Assembly: GCA_050916045.1 (NCBI GenBank)
Contig: CP051526.1
Location: forward strand, 1,312,001-1,376,000
Direction: 5' to 3'
DNA length: 64,000 bases
Origin: Tepidisphaera sp.
GTDB taxonomy: Bacteria; Planctomycetota; Phycisphaerae; Phycisphaerales; UBA1924
The notes beneath the pieces are model-generated. The model was not told where the DNA came from. It saw nothing but the letters and a program-made list of their open reading frames with translations, and made no database searches. Shown here one piece after another: positions 9,851-19,214 of this stretch (positions are counted from its first letter, which is position 1; each line of letters opens with the position of its first letter). The translations under genes were made by a program, and so were the position numbers.

Positions 9851-10396
9851 TCACCACGTCCCGGGCGGACGGGCTTTATCAAACGGCAACCCGCACTCCG
9901 GACAGACGCCCGTCCTCGGCAGATCGACAAGCGAGTACGCGCACGATGGACAGTGGCTCTGAAGGTCCGGAGCTTCTTCATCCGGCGTCAGCGGTGGGGG
10001 ATAGCACGGCGCCAGTGCCTCGGGGCCGTGACGACCCACGATCAGCTCCGCGACATCCACCCCCGCTCCGCAACCTGGACAACGCGAAATGTCCTCCAGC
10101 GGGAGCGTCCGGCCGCATCCCGGGCACGGCGGGGCAAACGACGCGTCAAGCAACGAGAGGTCCGGCTTGGCATCCTCCGGATCCAAGCCCCGCGTCGGCG
10201 GAGTCCGCTTGAACTCGTCGAAAAGCGACCTTCCCCGCGCCGCATCCGCCGAGCCGACCGCAACATCGATGCCCAGAAGCCCCGGGTACGGCTCACCCTG
10301 ATTGAAAATCCGAGCGTCTGGAATGCCCGCCTCGCGAAGGTACGCCACAAAGTGCATCGCTTCGATCGAGGTGGCGAACCGGCCGACGACTTCCAT
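9851..10396 (-). CDS. DUF2007-like N-terminal domain protein with Zn-ribbon motifs
   Basis: EAMHFVAYLREAGIP; CPGCG..CPGCG and CPSCAYSL..CPECG; start MEVVGRF. Confidence 0.65.
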   Translation of the reverse strand: MEVVGRFATSIEAMHFVAYLREAGIPDARIFNQGEPYPGLLGIDVAVGSADAARGRSLFDEFKRTPPTRGLDPEDAKPDLSLLDASFAPPCPGCGRTLPLEDISRCPGCGAGVDVAELIVGRHGPEALAPCYPPPLTPDEEAPDLQSHCPSCAYSLVDLPRTGVCPECGLPFDKARPPGTW

Positions 10397-10507
10397 GACG
10401 TAAGGGTAGCGAGCGCCGACAGAGCCAAAGCCTGACCCGCCGCAGACAGCACGACGCGTGTCCGCGTCTTGACCGCCGAACGACCAGTCCAAAGCGACAG
10501 GGGCCAG

Positions 10508-10540
10508 AAAGAAAAAGCCGCCCGAACTTCGAGCGGCTTG
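10508..10540 (-). terminator. Rho-independent terminator of lexA
   Basis: Minus strand CAAGCCGCTCGAAGTTCGGGCGGC followed by TTTTTCTTT. Confidence 0.75.
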
Positions 10541-10615
10541 CGTGGACGCATGGGAGGGCGGACAAAGCCCGCCAATCAAGAGACGCTGTCGGCGGAACGG
10601 CCCGCGGCTTGAGCG

Positions 10616-11239
10616 TTACCGCCCGTACCGGCGGACGACGCCCTTGACCACGCCCTGGATCTGGCAGAACTTGACGCGGATCGGGTCAAACGACGGGTTC
10701 GCCGGCTGAAGGCGGATGTGGTCGTCTTCCTTGAAGAACGTCTTGAGGGTCGTTGAGCCGTCCGGCAGGAGCGCCACCACGCGATCGCCGTTCTGAGCGA
10801 CCTGCGTGCGTTCGATGAGGACGAAGTCGCCGTCGAGGATGCCCTCGTCACGCATCGAGTCGCCCTCGACCTTGAGCGCGAAGGTGGAACCGCCGCGGGT
10901 GTTGCTTTCCTCGCCGAAGTACTCGATCAGGTCGAGCTCGTCATGATCGGCGACCTTCTCGATGGGGTTGCCGGCCGCGATCTTGCCCACGAGGGGGAAA
11001 CGCAGGGGCCGGGACTCATCCGGGACCGAGATTCCATCCGCGATCGACAAAGAGCGAGCCTTGTTCGGCTCGCGAACCAGCGCGCTCTTCTTGATGAGGG
11101 CTTCGACGTGCTCGAAGACCGTCACCTTGCTCACGCCGATCTCGTCGGCCAGTTCCTGCATCGTCGGGGAGTACCCCCGGCGAACGCGCCAATCGCGAAT
11201 GAGCTGCAGAATGCGGAGCTGTTTGGGAGTCAGATTCAT
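10616..11239 (-). CDS. lexA: SOS transcriptional repressor LexA
   Basis: MNLTPKQ..GYSPTMQELA winged helix; cleavage site IAAG; catalytic GDSM and TLK; GGAG SD. Confidence 0.95.
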   Translation of the reverse strand: MNLTPKQLRILQLIRDWRVRRGYSPTMQELADEIGVSKVTVFEHVEALIKKSALVREPNKARSLSIADGISVPDESRPLRFPLVGKIAAGNPIEKVADHDELDLIEYFGEESNTRGGSTFALKVEGDSMRDEGILDGDFVLIERTQVAQNGDRVVALLPDGSTTLKTFFKEDDHIRLQPANPSFDPIRVKFCQIQGVVKGVVRRYGR

Positions 11240-11813
11240 GGATATCTCCGGTTTGGCGGATGGACGCTTTGCGCCCAGACGCCGGGTGGGGTGATGCTGA
11301 CGAAACCTCCGCCGACGCGCCAACGGCGCTCCGGCGGTGAACACCGCTGTTTGAATGACCGCTTGCCGAAACCGCACCGGCCGAAAGGCCCAGCACACGC
11401 TTGGCGAACCCCGCGACCTCGCGGGCGAACCGACGCACTCCGAGAAACTCGCTCGCCACGTGGTGCGGCCCGGCCGCAAGCCAATGTCTCGAACCAAGCC
11501 CCGAACCAATGCCAGAACGCAGCTCCGAATCAGACCCCCGGGCCTCCGCCCAACGGCCGGGTGCCGCGCCCACATCGGCCAAGCAGGCCGCACGCGAAGC
11601 CGACCAATCCGAAACGAAATCCCCGCCCGGTCCCAGTCGGACCAACGTGCTCGGGCTCGGGATGGGACGGCTTGCGTTCATGCTGCTGCTCGGACTTCCG
11701 CTCCAGTGAAGCACCGCGGAAGGCCGCGGTCTCTGCTTTGTACGGTTCGAAACGAACACTTGTGCGGTTTCTGGTATCGTCCTTTCAGAACCCTTCCGAT
11801 CAGATTTCGGGCC

Positions 11814-11855
11814 TCTTGTTCGGTACAAGATAGCATAGCAAGAGCCTCACGGCAA
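11814..11855 (-). promoter_or_regulatory. Sigma70-type promoter for lexA with overlapping palindrome (candidate operator)
   Basis: Minus strand TTGCCG-17 nt-TATCTT with TG extended -10; TCTTGT-N5-ACAAGA at 11814-11830. Confidence 0.6.
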
Positions 11856-11931
11856 GGGAAATCTGTGAGTTTTCTGCCCTGTGAACGGGTTGTGGAAGGT
11901 AATTGTGTGGAATACCACCTGTAGTGGCCAT

Positions 11932-13101
11932 CTACACCCGCTCGAACGAGGACCCGGTCCGACGCACCCGCTTCTGAAGCTCAAGCATCGTCAGCCGGCC
12001 CCGTACTTCGCCGGCCCCAAGGCCGGTCGCCGTGATGATCTGGTCGAGCGTGCGCGGGGTCGTCAGGGCTTCGAGGATCGGGTCGGCCGGCGCCTGAGCG
12101 GGCGGCGGGGAGAAGAGGCTCGCCGGCGATGGATCACTCTCCGTTGCGAGCACGCCGTACCGGGCTTCGAACGTGCCCGCGTGCAGGTGGTTCGCTTGGA
12201 TCTCAAGGGCCTGGATGACATCGCCCGGATCGGTCACCAGCGCGGCGCCGCCAGACTTGAGCAGTTCGTGCGTCCCCCGTGAGGTCGGGCTGTCCACGCG
12301 GCCCGGCACCGCGAACACGTCCCTGTTGTGGTCCTCCACAGCGGTTCTGGCCGTGATGAGAGCGCCCGACCCGACCGCCGCTTCGATCACCACGACGCCG
12401 AGCGACATCCCCGAGATGATGCGGTTCCGCGGCGGGAAGTTCTCCGGCGTCGGCGCGGTCCCGATGGGAAGCTCGGACACGATCGACCCGCCATTGGCGA
12501 GCACGCGGCCGACAAGCTCCGCGTTCTCGGGTGGGTAGCAGTGCGCAAGACCGCACCCCGTCACCACCACCGTCCGTCCGGCCGAACGCGTCGCTCCTCG
12601 GTGGGCCGCGGTGTCGATCCCCCGCGCACCTCCCGACACCGTCGTGATCCCCGCTCGGGCGAAGATCCCCGCGAATCGCTCCGCTTGCTCGAGCCCGTAG
12701 GGCGAGCACGCCCGCGAGCCGACCACCGCGACCGGAAACCGATCCTCTCCCTGCGGATCGAGGGGGCCCTGAACATAAAGCAGCGGCGGCGGGTCCGAAA
12801 TCGCCGCCAGAAGCGGCGGATACGCAGGCGTCCCGATCCGCACAAAGCGCACGCCAAGCTTCGTCGCCGACTCCACCTCGCGCGCGACCAGGTCCGCCGA
12901 CGCTTGCATCCCCGAAGCAATCTTGCTCGACTTCCCCGGCCCAATCCCCTTCACGCGTTCAAGCTGCGACGCGGCGAGCCCAAGGACCGCTTCCGCTGTT
13001 CCAAACTCTCGCACGAGACGCGCAATCAGCACCGGCCCCAGTCCGGGCGTCAGCGTCAGACGCAACATTGCGAGCGTGGAATCGTCGAGTGTGGTAGACA
13101 C
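11932..13101 (-). CDS. dprA: DNA-processing protein DprA
   Basis: YPPLLAAISDPPPLLY, VAVVGSR, VSGGARGIDTAAH, NFPPRNRIISG, SGALITA; GTG start chosen. Confidence 0.95.
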   Translation of the reverse strand: MSTTLDDSTLAMLRLTLTPGLGPVLIARLVREFGTAEAVLGLAASQLERVKGIGPGKSSKIASGMQASADLVAREVESATKLGVRFVRIGTPAYPPLLAAISDPPPLLYVQGPLDPQGEDRFPVAVVGSRACSPYGLEQAERFAGIFARAGITTVSGGARGIDTAAHRGATRSAGRTVVVTGCGLAHCYPPENAELVGRVLANGGSIVSELPIGTAPTPENFPPRNRIISGMSLGVVVIEAAVGSGALITARTAVEDHNRDVFAVPGRVDSPTSRGTHELLKSGGAALVTDPGDVIQALEIQANHLHAGTFEARYGVLATESDPSPASLFSPPPAQAPADPILEALTTPRTLDQIITATGLGAGEVRGRLTMLELQKRVRRTGSSFERV

Positions 13102-13359
13102 GCCACGAGTATACCGGACAAAGGCCGAGTCATGACGCGATAACCTCATCGTCAACGTGCTCGAAACGTGCACAGATCTGTGCCATTTCGAGCGGCGGAT
13201 GCGGTCGTTTTTACGAAGAGTGGCAAGCGTCACAGCCTGCTGCGGCCGGTCACCCGGCTGAAGCGGGAATGGCCGGGCCCGAAGCAGATTCGTCGGACCC
13301 GATTCCATGGGTTTACGCTTGAATGGAGTTGAGAAGTTCCCAGGCAGAGGAGTTGAGCG

Positions 13360-14136
13360 ATGAAGAGCGCGAGCGTGGCGTCCGTGATGATCGGCGTGTT
13401 GGCGGCAACGACCGGGGTGTGCGCGGACATTGTCGTGCGGAACGCGGACACGCCCGCCGCCGTTGCGGCAACGCGGGCTCTGTGGCTCGCGGATTGTGGC
13501 GCGAGTTCACCGACGTACACGGTCAATTTTGAGACGGGATTCACCAACGGTCAGAACGTGAACGCGGTGGTTGGTCTCTTTCCCGGCGGATTGGTCATTT
13601 CTGACACGACGGCCGCTCGGCAGGCGGTCGTGCGGACGGGGTCATCCTTTGGCGGATCGATGCCGACGGGCAACTTCGGATTGGCTCACAACGAGGGCGC
13701 GTACCTGGTGCTGACGTTCCCGCTTCCGGGCGTGGAAGGGTTCTCCCTGTCCGACATCGATCACACGGGCACGGCGTTCCGCTGCCATCACGCCGACGGC
13801 ACCATCTCGAGCTTCAGCATCGAGACGACCGGTTCCGGCGGCCGCATCGGCGAACTCGTCGGCGTCTGGCGCAACAACAAGCCGCCGATCGTCCGCGTGG
13901 AGATGGACGCTTCCGGCGACGGTGTCTGGGGCATCGACGACATCATGTGGATCGTCTCCTGCCCTGCCGACTTCAACGGTGACGGGTTCCTGGACTTCTT
14001 CGACTACGACGATTACGTCAACTGCTTTGAGACTGGAGCGTGCCCGCCGGGCCGGACGGCTGACTTTAACGGCGACGGATTCGCGGATTTCTTCGATTAC
14101 GACGCCTTTGTCACGGCGTTCGAGCAGGGCTGCTGA
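13360..14136 (+). CDS. Secreted protein with C-terminal GC-type dockerin-like tag
   Basis: Signal peptide; CPADFNGDGFLDFFDYDDYV..ADFNGDGFADFFDYDAFV..EQGC. Confidence 0.85.
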   Translation: MKSASVASVMIGVLAATTGVCADIVVRNADTPAAVAATRALWLADCGASSPTYTVNFETGFTNGQNVNAVVGLFPGGLVISDTTAARQAVVRTGSSFGGSMPTGNFGLAHNEGAYLVLTFPLPGVEGFSLSDIDHTGTAFRCHHADGTISSFSIETTGSGGRIGELVGVWRNNKPPIVRVEMDASGDGVWGIDDIMWIVSCPADFNGDGFLDFFDYDDYVNCFETGACPPGRTADFNGDGFADFFDYDAFVTAFEQGC

Positions 14137-14247
14137 TCCGCCGAGAGCGGCTTTGGCGTTTCCGAGCGCCTTGCCATAGGATGCATGCGTCGTGCTGGTT
14201 CCGCAGCTCGCGAGGGTGACCAACCGTCCGCGGCGAAGGAGTCCCAC

Positions 14248-15405
14248 ATGCTTCACGGCAGCCTGACGATCCAGCGTCTGCTCGCGGCGATGACGAAGAT
14301 GAACGCTTCCGACCTGCACCTCAAGGTCGGCGTCCCGCCGGTCTTCCGCGTCGGCGGCATCCTCCGCACGATCGACGCGCCGCCCCTTACCGGCGAGGAA
14401 GCCGACCACTTCGTCGATCCTCTGATGACGCCCGCGCTCCGCGAGAAGCTCGACGAGCAGGGCGCGGTCGACTTCGCCACGCACCTCGACACCGCCGCTT
14501 CCGGAAACGCCGATCGGTTCCGCGTGGACATCTTCAAGTCCGGCGGCCACATCCACGCCGCGATCCGCCGCGTGAAAGCCGAGATCCCCGACTACGCCAA
14601 GCTCCGGTTGCCGCCGATCTACTCGCAGATCGTCGAGAAAACGATGGAGGGTCTCGTTCTCGTCGTCGGCGTCACCGGGAGCGGCAAAAGCTCAACCCTC
14701 GCCGCGATGATCGAGCACATCAACGAGACGCGGGCCGAGAACATCATCACCATCGAAGACCCCGTTGAGTACAAGTTCACGCCGCGCAAGAGCATCATCA
14801 GCCAGCGTGAGATCGGCATCGACGTGCCCAACTACGGGTACGCTCTGAAGTACGTCGTGCGGCAGGACCCCGACGTCATCTTCATCGGCGAGATGCGCGA
14901 CCACGACACCGTCCTCGCCGCGATCCAAGCCGCCGAGACCGGCCACCTCGTCTTCGGAAGCTTGCACACCGCCGACACGATGCAAGCCATCAGCCGCATC
15001 CTCGAGTTTTTCGAGCCCAAGGACCACGCGTTTGTCCGCGGCGCCCTCGCCAACACGCTCCGCGCGATCTGTGCCCAGCGCCTCCTGCCGACGGTTCCCG
15101 AGTTCGCGCAGGCGGAGAACGGCTCACCGATGGTCCCCGCGACCGAGGTGCTCCTCGCCACGGGCATCGTGAAGGATCGGATCCGCGACGGCGAGGAGAC
15201 GGACCTCCCGGCGATCATCCAGACGAACCTTCACGACGGGATGCACGGTTTCACGCACTCGCTGGCGGAGCTTGTGAAGAAGGAATGGGTGACCCGGCAG
15301 ACCGCGATGGACTTTGCTCCCAATCGCGAAGCCCTGGACGCGATGATCAAGGGTCTTGAGGTCCGGGCGTCGTCGATGGTGAACCGGGTGCGGTCGGGGC
15401 ATTAG
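14248..15405 (+). CDS. pilT: PilT/PilU family type IV pilus retraction ATPase
   Basis: ASDLHLK, AIRR, GVTGSGKSSTL, TIEDPVE, RQDPDVIFIGEMRD, ETGHLVFGSLHT; AAGGAG SD. Confidence 0.9.
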   Translation: MLHGSLTIQRLLAAMTKMNASDLHLKVGVPPVFRVGGILRTIDAPPLTGEEADHFVDPLMTPALREKLDEQGAVDFATHLDTAASGNADRFRVDIFKSGGHIHAAIRRVKAEIPDYAKLRLPPIYSQIVEKTMEGLVLVVGVTGSGKSSTLAAMIEHINETRAENIITIEDPVEYKFTPRKSIISQREIGIDVPNYGYALKYVVRQDPDVIFIGEMRDHDTVLAAIQAAETGHLVFGSLHTADTMQAISRILEFFEPKDHAFVRGALANTLRAICAQRLLPTVPEFAQAENGSPMVPATEVLLATGIVKDRIRDGEETDLPAIIQTNLHDGMHGFTHSLAELVKKEWVTRQTAMDFAPNREALDAMIKGLEVRASSMVNRVRSGH

Positions 15406-16103
15406 GTCGTGGCGGGCATGTATTGCCTATACGCGCCGATCGGTACGCACTCTGCGTCGGATGAAAGCGGATCGTGCTTGGTCTCTCGCTTGAATCGCTC
15501 CCACGCACGTTCTGCGGGTGACAGCCCGCCGAATAGTGTGTCGATCCACTCCGAAACCTGATCCTTGCCAGAGTTCGCGAGGTCCATGCGATCGAAGAAT
15601 CGAAGGACCATGATCTGGCGTGGCGTTGGTGGGCGTCGTTCCAGCAGTTCGTCGATCAGCACCGATGCTTGGCCCTTTGTGAGCGGGAAAGTGACTGTGC
15701 CTCCAAGATCAACGATGTACTGAATCTGACGTTCGGTTGCGGGATCCTGGTGCCAAGCGGGCGCTCGATCGCGACTCTTCGGCGGGGCTCCAATGGCTTC
15801 GAGATGCGTTTCAATGACCCCGCGTACTTCCTTTGTCACAACGCGGATGAACGCTCGCTTAAGGTCGTAAGCCTCTGCAGCATCCACTCGGTCGTCGGAG
15901 ATGATCGCACGTGTCTTTGGGCGCAGGAATGCGACCGCATTCATGGGAATGGGACAGCCCACTAGGAAGTCATGCAGCTTCACGATTTCTGCCAGCGAGA
16001 TGTCGCCATCGTGGATCATCGACAGAATCACGTTCAGAAGCGTCTTGCCTTGCGGTGAGCCAGCTTCCTTGGCGGTGAGAGTGACTCGAGTTCCCTTGAC
16101 CAT
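15402..16103 (-). CDS. Hypothetical protein (TerB-like helical N-terminus, PAT.RQI repeats), atypical composition
   Basis: DGDISLAEI / DDRVDAAEA; DPATERQIQYI..LTKGQASVLID and PPTPRQIMVL; visibly more AT-rich than flanks. Confidence 0.65.
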   Translation of the reverse strand: MVKGTRVTLTAKEAGSPQGKTLLNVILSMIHDGDISLAEIVKLHDFLVGCPIPMNAVAFLRPKTRAIISDDRVDAAEAYDLKRAFIRVVTKEVRGVIETHLEAIGAPPKSRDRAPAWHQDPATERQIQYIVDLGGTVTFPLTKGQASVLIDELLERRPPTPRQIMVLRFFDRMDLANSGKDQVSEWIDTLFGGLSPAERAWERFKRETKHDPLSSDAECVPIGAYRQYMPATT

Positions 16104-16155
16104 CGATATCGCTCCGAGACGGACCGCGGTGGCGGTCGAACACTGCTCTCGCCCC

Positions 16156-16287
16156 TCACCGCGCGAACGCCTGCAGGATCAGGATGATCACGATCAGCAC
16201 GATGAACGCTTCCATCGACCGCATTCGGAGCGTGAGCTTCCGCACGTCTTCGCGGAGGCGTTCGAGTTCGGGGTCCGGCGGGAGCAT
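16156..16287 (-). CDS. Small coiled-coil + single-TM protein (43 aa)
   Basis: MLPPDPELERLREDVRKL..FIVLIVIILILQAFAR; TATACT 5 nt before ATG. Confidence 0.55.
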   Translation of the reverse strand: MLPPDPELERLREDVRKLTLRMRSMEAFIVLIVIILILQAFAR

Positions 16288-16589
16288 GGCGGAGTATACC
16301 TGCGACCGGCCTGGCGGCCGGCCTTGGTTTGGGGCGCGCAAAGGACAACATCCGCCGTTTCGCGGTTTCGCGTGATTCTCCGCCGCGGTTTGCGCTTTGG
16401 ATTCAAGCGGAACTCTGCGTTCTTGTCCGTTTGGAGACGGGCGTTCGCGGTCAGCCGCTCCGATCAACTTTGTTCTCCAGAGCGCGTGAGAACCGCGCGC
16501 GGCTCACGTTGGCAGGGGTGTCGGCCTTGTTGGCCGGCCGAATCGGGACACGCGACAGGTGTCCAGACGGCGAGTGCAGGAGTGGAAAG

Positions 16590-17720
16590 ATGCGTACGAA
16601 GAATGTGGCTCTTGTCTCTTTGATCGCGGCGGTGGCGGGCACGGCGGCGGCCCAGCCCCTGACGCCCCCGGTCTACACCCGGACGGTGCAGGATGCGATC
16701 ACGGGCGACAACGATTTCATCGCCGGCGGGTTCCGGTACTACACGGTCGATGCGGGCGCGGACTCGTATCAGAACGACCTCTATGAGCGGCCGATGACGC
16801 AGGCTTTCCAGCCGATCACGCTCCCCTCGGGCGAGGTGCGGTACGCCTGCGAGGAGTACCACGGGTACGTCGACATCGTGCAGGGCCGGTTCGGCTACGA
16901 CAACCGTTACCTGTACGCTTCGATCAAGGTCGCGGGCCTGACCAAGAACACCAAGGACGGCGACAACGCGATCGTCGGGCTTGATGCGGCGTACAGCGTG
17001 CGGTTCGGGCCCGACCCCGACGGCCGCAACAGCGTGATCCTGCGGGCTCTGACTCCCCAGGGCACGGTCTTCGCCCGCGAGCAGACCGACGGGTACCGCG
17101 ACACCGACGCCGACGTCGGCGGCCGCGGCGGCCCGATCCACGGCCGGCAGGGCCCCTCGGGCTTGTCGGTGACCAAGGACAACAACAACCTCGAGGAGCA
17201 GGGCCTCAACGGCTACGACCAGCAGTTCATCACCTCCGACGGCCTCTTTGAGACGCTGAGCCAGGTCGTGCTCTGGCAGCGGATCAGCCCGACGGACCCC
17301 ACGGTGGTCGAGATCGCCTTCGACTACGTGACCGCCGGCTACACGCGTGCGGACCTGGATGCCATCCGCTACCTGCAGTTTGACGCGGTGCTGGGCGGCC
17401 CCTCCGACCCGGTCGAAGCCCTCTGGAACGACAAGTACCGCTCGATCGAAGCCGGCTCGCCCAACCCGGGCCTGGGCACGGATTCGGAGTTCGGCACGCA
17501 GGGCCTGGGCACGATCTCGCTCGCGGACACGGCCCGGGCATCGATCCCCGCTCCGTGCGCGGCCGACTTCAACCGCGATGGGTTCCTGGACTTCTTCGAC
17601 TACGACGCGTTCGTGCTCGCGTTCGAGACGGGCGGAGTCGGGGCGGACTTCAACGGCGATGGGTTCGTCGATTTCTTTGACTACGACGCCTTCGTCCTGT
17701 CGTTCGAGCTCGGCTGCTGA
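16590..17720 (+). CDS. Secreted protein with C-terminal GC-type dockerin-like tag
   Basis: AGGAG SD, MRTKNVALVSL..AAAQ signal; CAADFNRDGFLDFFDYD..ADFNGDGFVDFFDYD..ELGC. Confidence 0.85.
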   Translation: MRTKNVALVSLIAAVAGTAAAQPLTPPVYTRTVQDAITGDNDFIAGGFRYYTVDAGADSYQNDLYERPMTQAFQPITLPSGEVRYACEEYHGYVDIVQGRFGYDNRYLYASIKVAGLTKNTKDGDNAIVGLDAAYSVRFGPDPDGRNSVILRALTPQGTVFAREQTDGYRDTDADVGGRGGPIHGRQGPSGLSVTKDNNNLEEQGLNGYDQQFITSDGLFETLSQVVLWQRISPTDPTVVEIAFDYVTAGYTRADLDAIRYLQFDAVLGGPSDPVEALWNDKYRSIEAGSPNPGLGTDSEFGTQGLGTISLADTARASIPAPCAADFNRDGFLDFFDYDAFVLAFETGGVGADFNGDGFVDFFDYDAFVLSFELGC

Positions 17721-18039
17721 TCGGTCGCGGAGCGCGGCACCCAGGCGTGACGGAGCGGTCCGATCGCGGGCCATCCCCTCCCCCGTGTCTTCCGCCCGTC
17801 GACGCTGAGCCGCCGCCTCCAAAGACCTCACCCGGCGATCCCCCGCCGGCCCCCGTTCACTCGCCACGGCGGTCATCCGAAAGGATGCCGCCGCGGAGGT
17901 TTTTCGTTCGTGCCCGGCCCGCCGCGCGCGGAGAGGGCCGGGCGTCCCGCGACGCCCGGCCCCCTTCCCCCCCCCACACACACACGCCCCCACACCCCCA
18001 CGCCCCGCGTGGTTGCCCCGGTGATCCCGGCCGTCTTGA

Positions 18040-18717
18040 TCAGGCGGCGAGCTTCATCGTCGCGGCGCTGCTCACCTGCAGGCCGCCCGCGCCGAGGCTG
18101 ACGATGAGGTGGTCGCTCTCGGGCCCGGCGGCGGGGCCCATGCTGGTGCTGCGGAAGCCCTGGATCGCGTACTCCCACGGCCCGCCGCCGCCGGGGAGCG
18201 TGACGTCGGTGAAGTTGCGCCGGTCGCTGCTCCCGGCGATGATGAACGGGTCCTGCGTCCCGGCGAGCCGGCGCTTGATGGTGAAGTACCCGCCGCCCGC
18301 GTTCGCGCTCTTCCACGTGAATTTCACCTGCCCGCCGGTCAAGAGCTCAACCTTGATGGTGTTGGGCTGGCCGGGTGCGGCTCTGGGAGTGGGGGGGGAC
18401 GGGGGGTCGATCTGCGCGAGGGTGTAGACGTTGGGGTTGTTGGTGACCTCGGCGTGCGTCTTGATGATGCGGACGAGGTCGGCGATGGAATCGCGGAGGG
18501 TGTCCTCGGCGTTGTAGAACTGGCCGGTGGCGGCCTTGGCGGCATCCCTCGCGATCTGCTGGGCGGTGTGCTTGGCGCGGGCGGCCTTGGCGAGGTTGTC
18601 CATCGCGGTGACGGCCGCGGGTGTGACGCCGATGGCCACGGCGTTGCTCGTGAAAATCGGCACGTGCTGCTCGCAGAATTCGACGAGTTCGAGGCGTGTG
18701 TTCGGAAGAACGCTCAT
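18040..18717 (-). CDS. Hypothetical cytoplasmic protein: helical N-terminus plus FN3-like C-terminal domain
   Basis: GGAGG SD before MSVLPN; FTWK..YFTIKRR..FTDVTL..WEYAIQG FN3-like pattern; ends MKLAA. Confidence 0.75.
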   Translation of the reverse strand: MSVLPNTRLELVEFCEQHVPIFTSNAVAIGVTPAAVTAMDNLAKAARAKHTAQQIARDAAKAATGQFYNAEDTLRDSIADLVRIIKTHAEVTNNPNVYTLAQIDPPSPPTPRAAPGQPNTIKVELLTGGQVKFTWKSANAGGGYFTIKRRLAGTQDPFIIAGSSDRRNFTDVTLPGGGGPWEYAIQGFRSTSMGPAAGPESDHLIVSLGAGGLQVSSAATMKLAA

Positions 18718-18897
18718 GGGCAAACCTCCCCGGACCCCGCCACGCGGAGGCGCGGGGGTGGAGTCTGGATCCGGCGGGAATCCCCGGCGACGCACGCCGC
18801 CGAGGAGCCGGTTCCGCCCCCGCACCCCGCAACCCGCGTGCCAGCCCGGGCCGTGCGAACGCGGACCGTTGAACGTTGGAAGGGTGTGGGTCGGACT

Positions 18898-18965
18898 TCA
18901 AATTTCAAATGTCAAATGTCAAATGTCAAATGTCAAATGTCAAATTTCAAATTTCAAATTTCAAA
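18898..18965. repeat. Heptamer tandem repeat (TCAAATG/TCAAATT) about 10 copies
   Basis: Directly counted: 9 full units plus TCAAA. Confidence 0.95.
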
Positions 18966-18994
18966 CCACCTACCCCCGCCCGTTATCCGGACAC

Positions 18995-19178
18995 AAAACA
19001 CAATGTTTTGGTCGCCAGCAATCGTTGTTGCGAAGCGAAACATCGTGTTTGGGCGGCCATCAGGCCTTGCGACGAGGCGAACAACGATGTTTTCGCGCTC
19101 CGCAAGCGTTGTTGAGCGCCCAACAAGAATGTTTTCGCGCGCAACAAGAGTTGTTGCGAAGCAAAACATCGTTGTTTG
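18995..19178. repeat. 21-bp-period array of AACA-N3/5-TGTT palindromes (about 9 units)
   Basis: Units start near 18997, 19018, 19039, 19060 (degenerate), 19080, 19101, 19122, 19143, 19165. Confidence 0.8.
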
Positions 19179-19214
19179 AGCCCGGATAACGCCCGTCGCG
19201 ACGCATCGCCTTCC

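Noticed and set aside
18995..19178. CRISPR or mini-CRISPR array
   Set aside because: The 21-bp period is too short and the repeats are degenerate, with only about 7-10 nt between them
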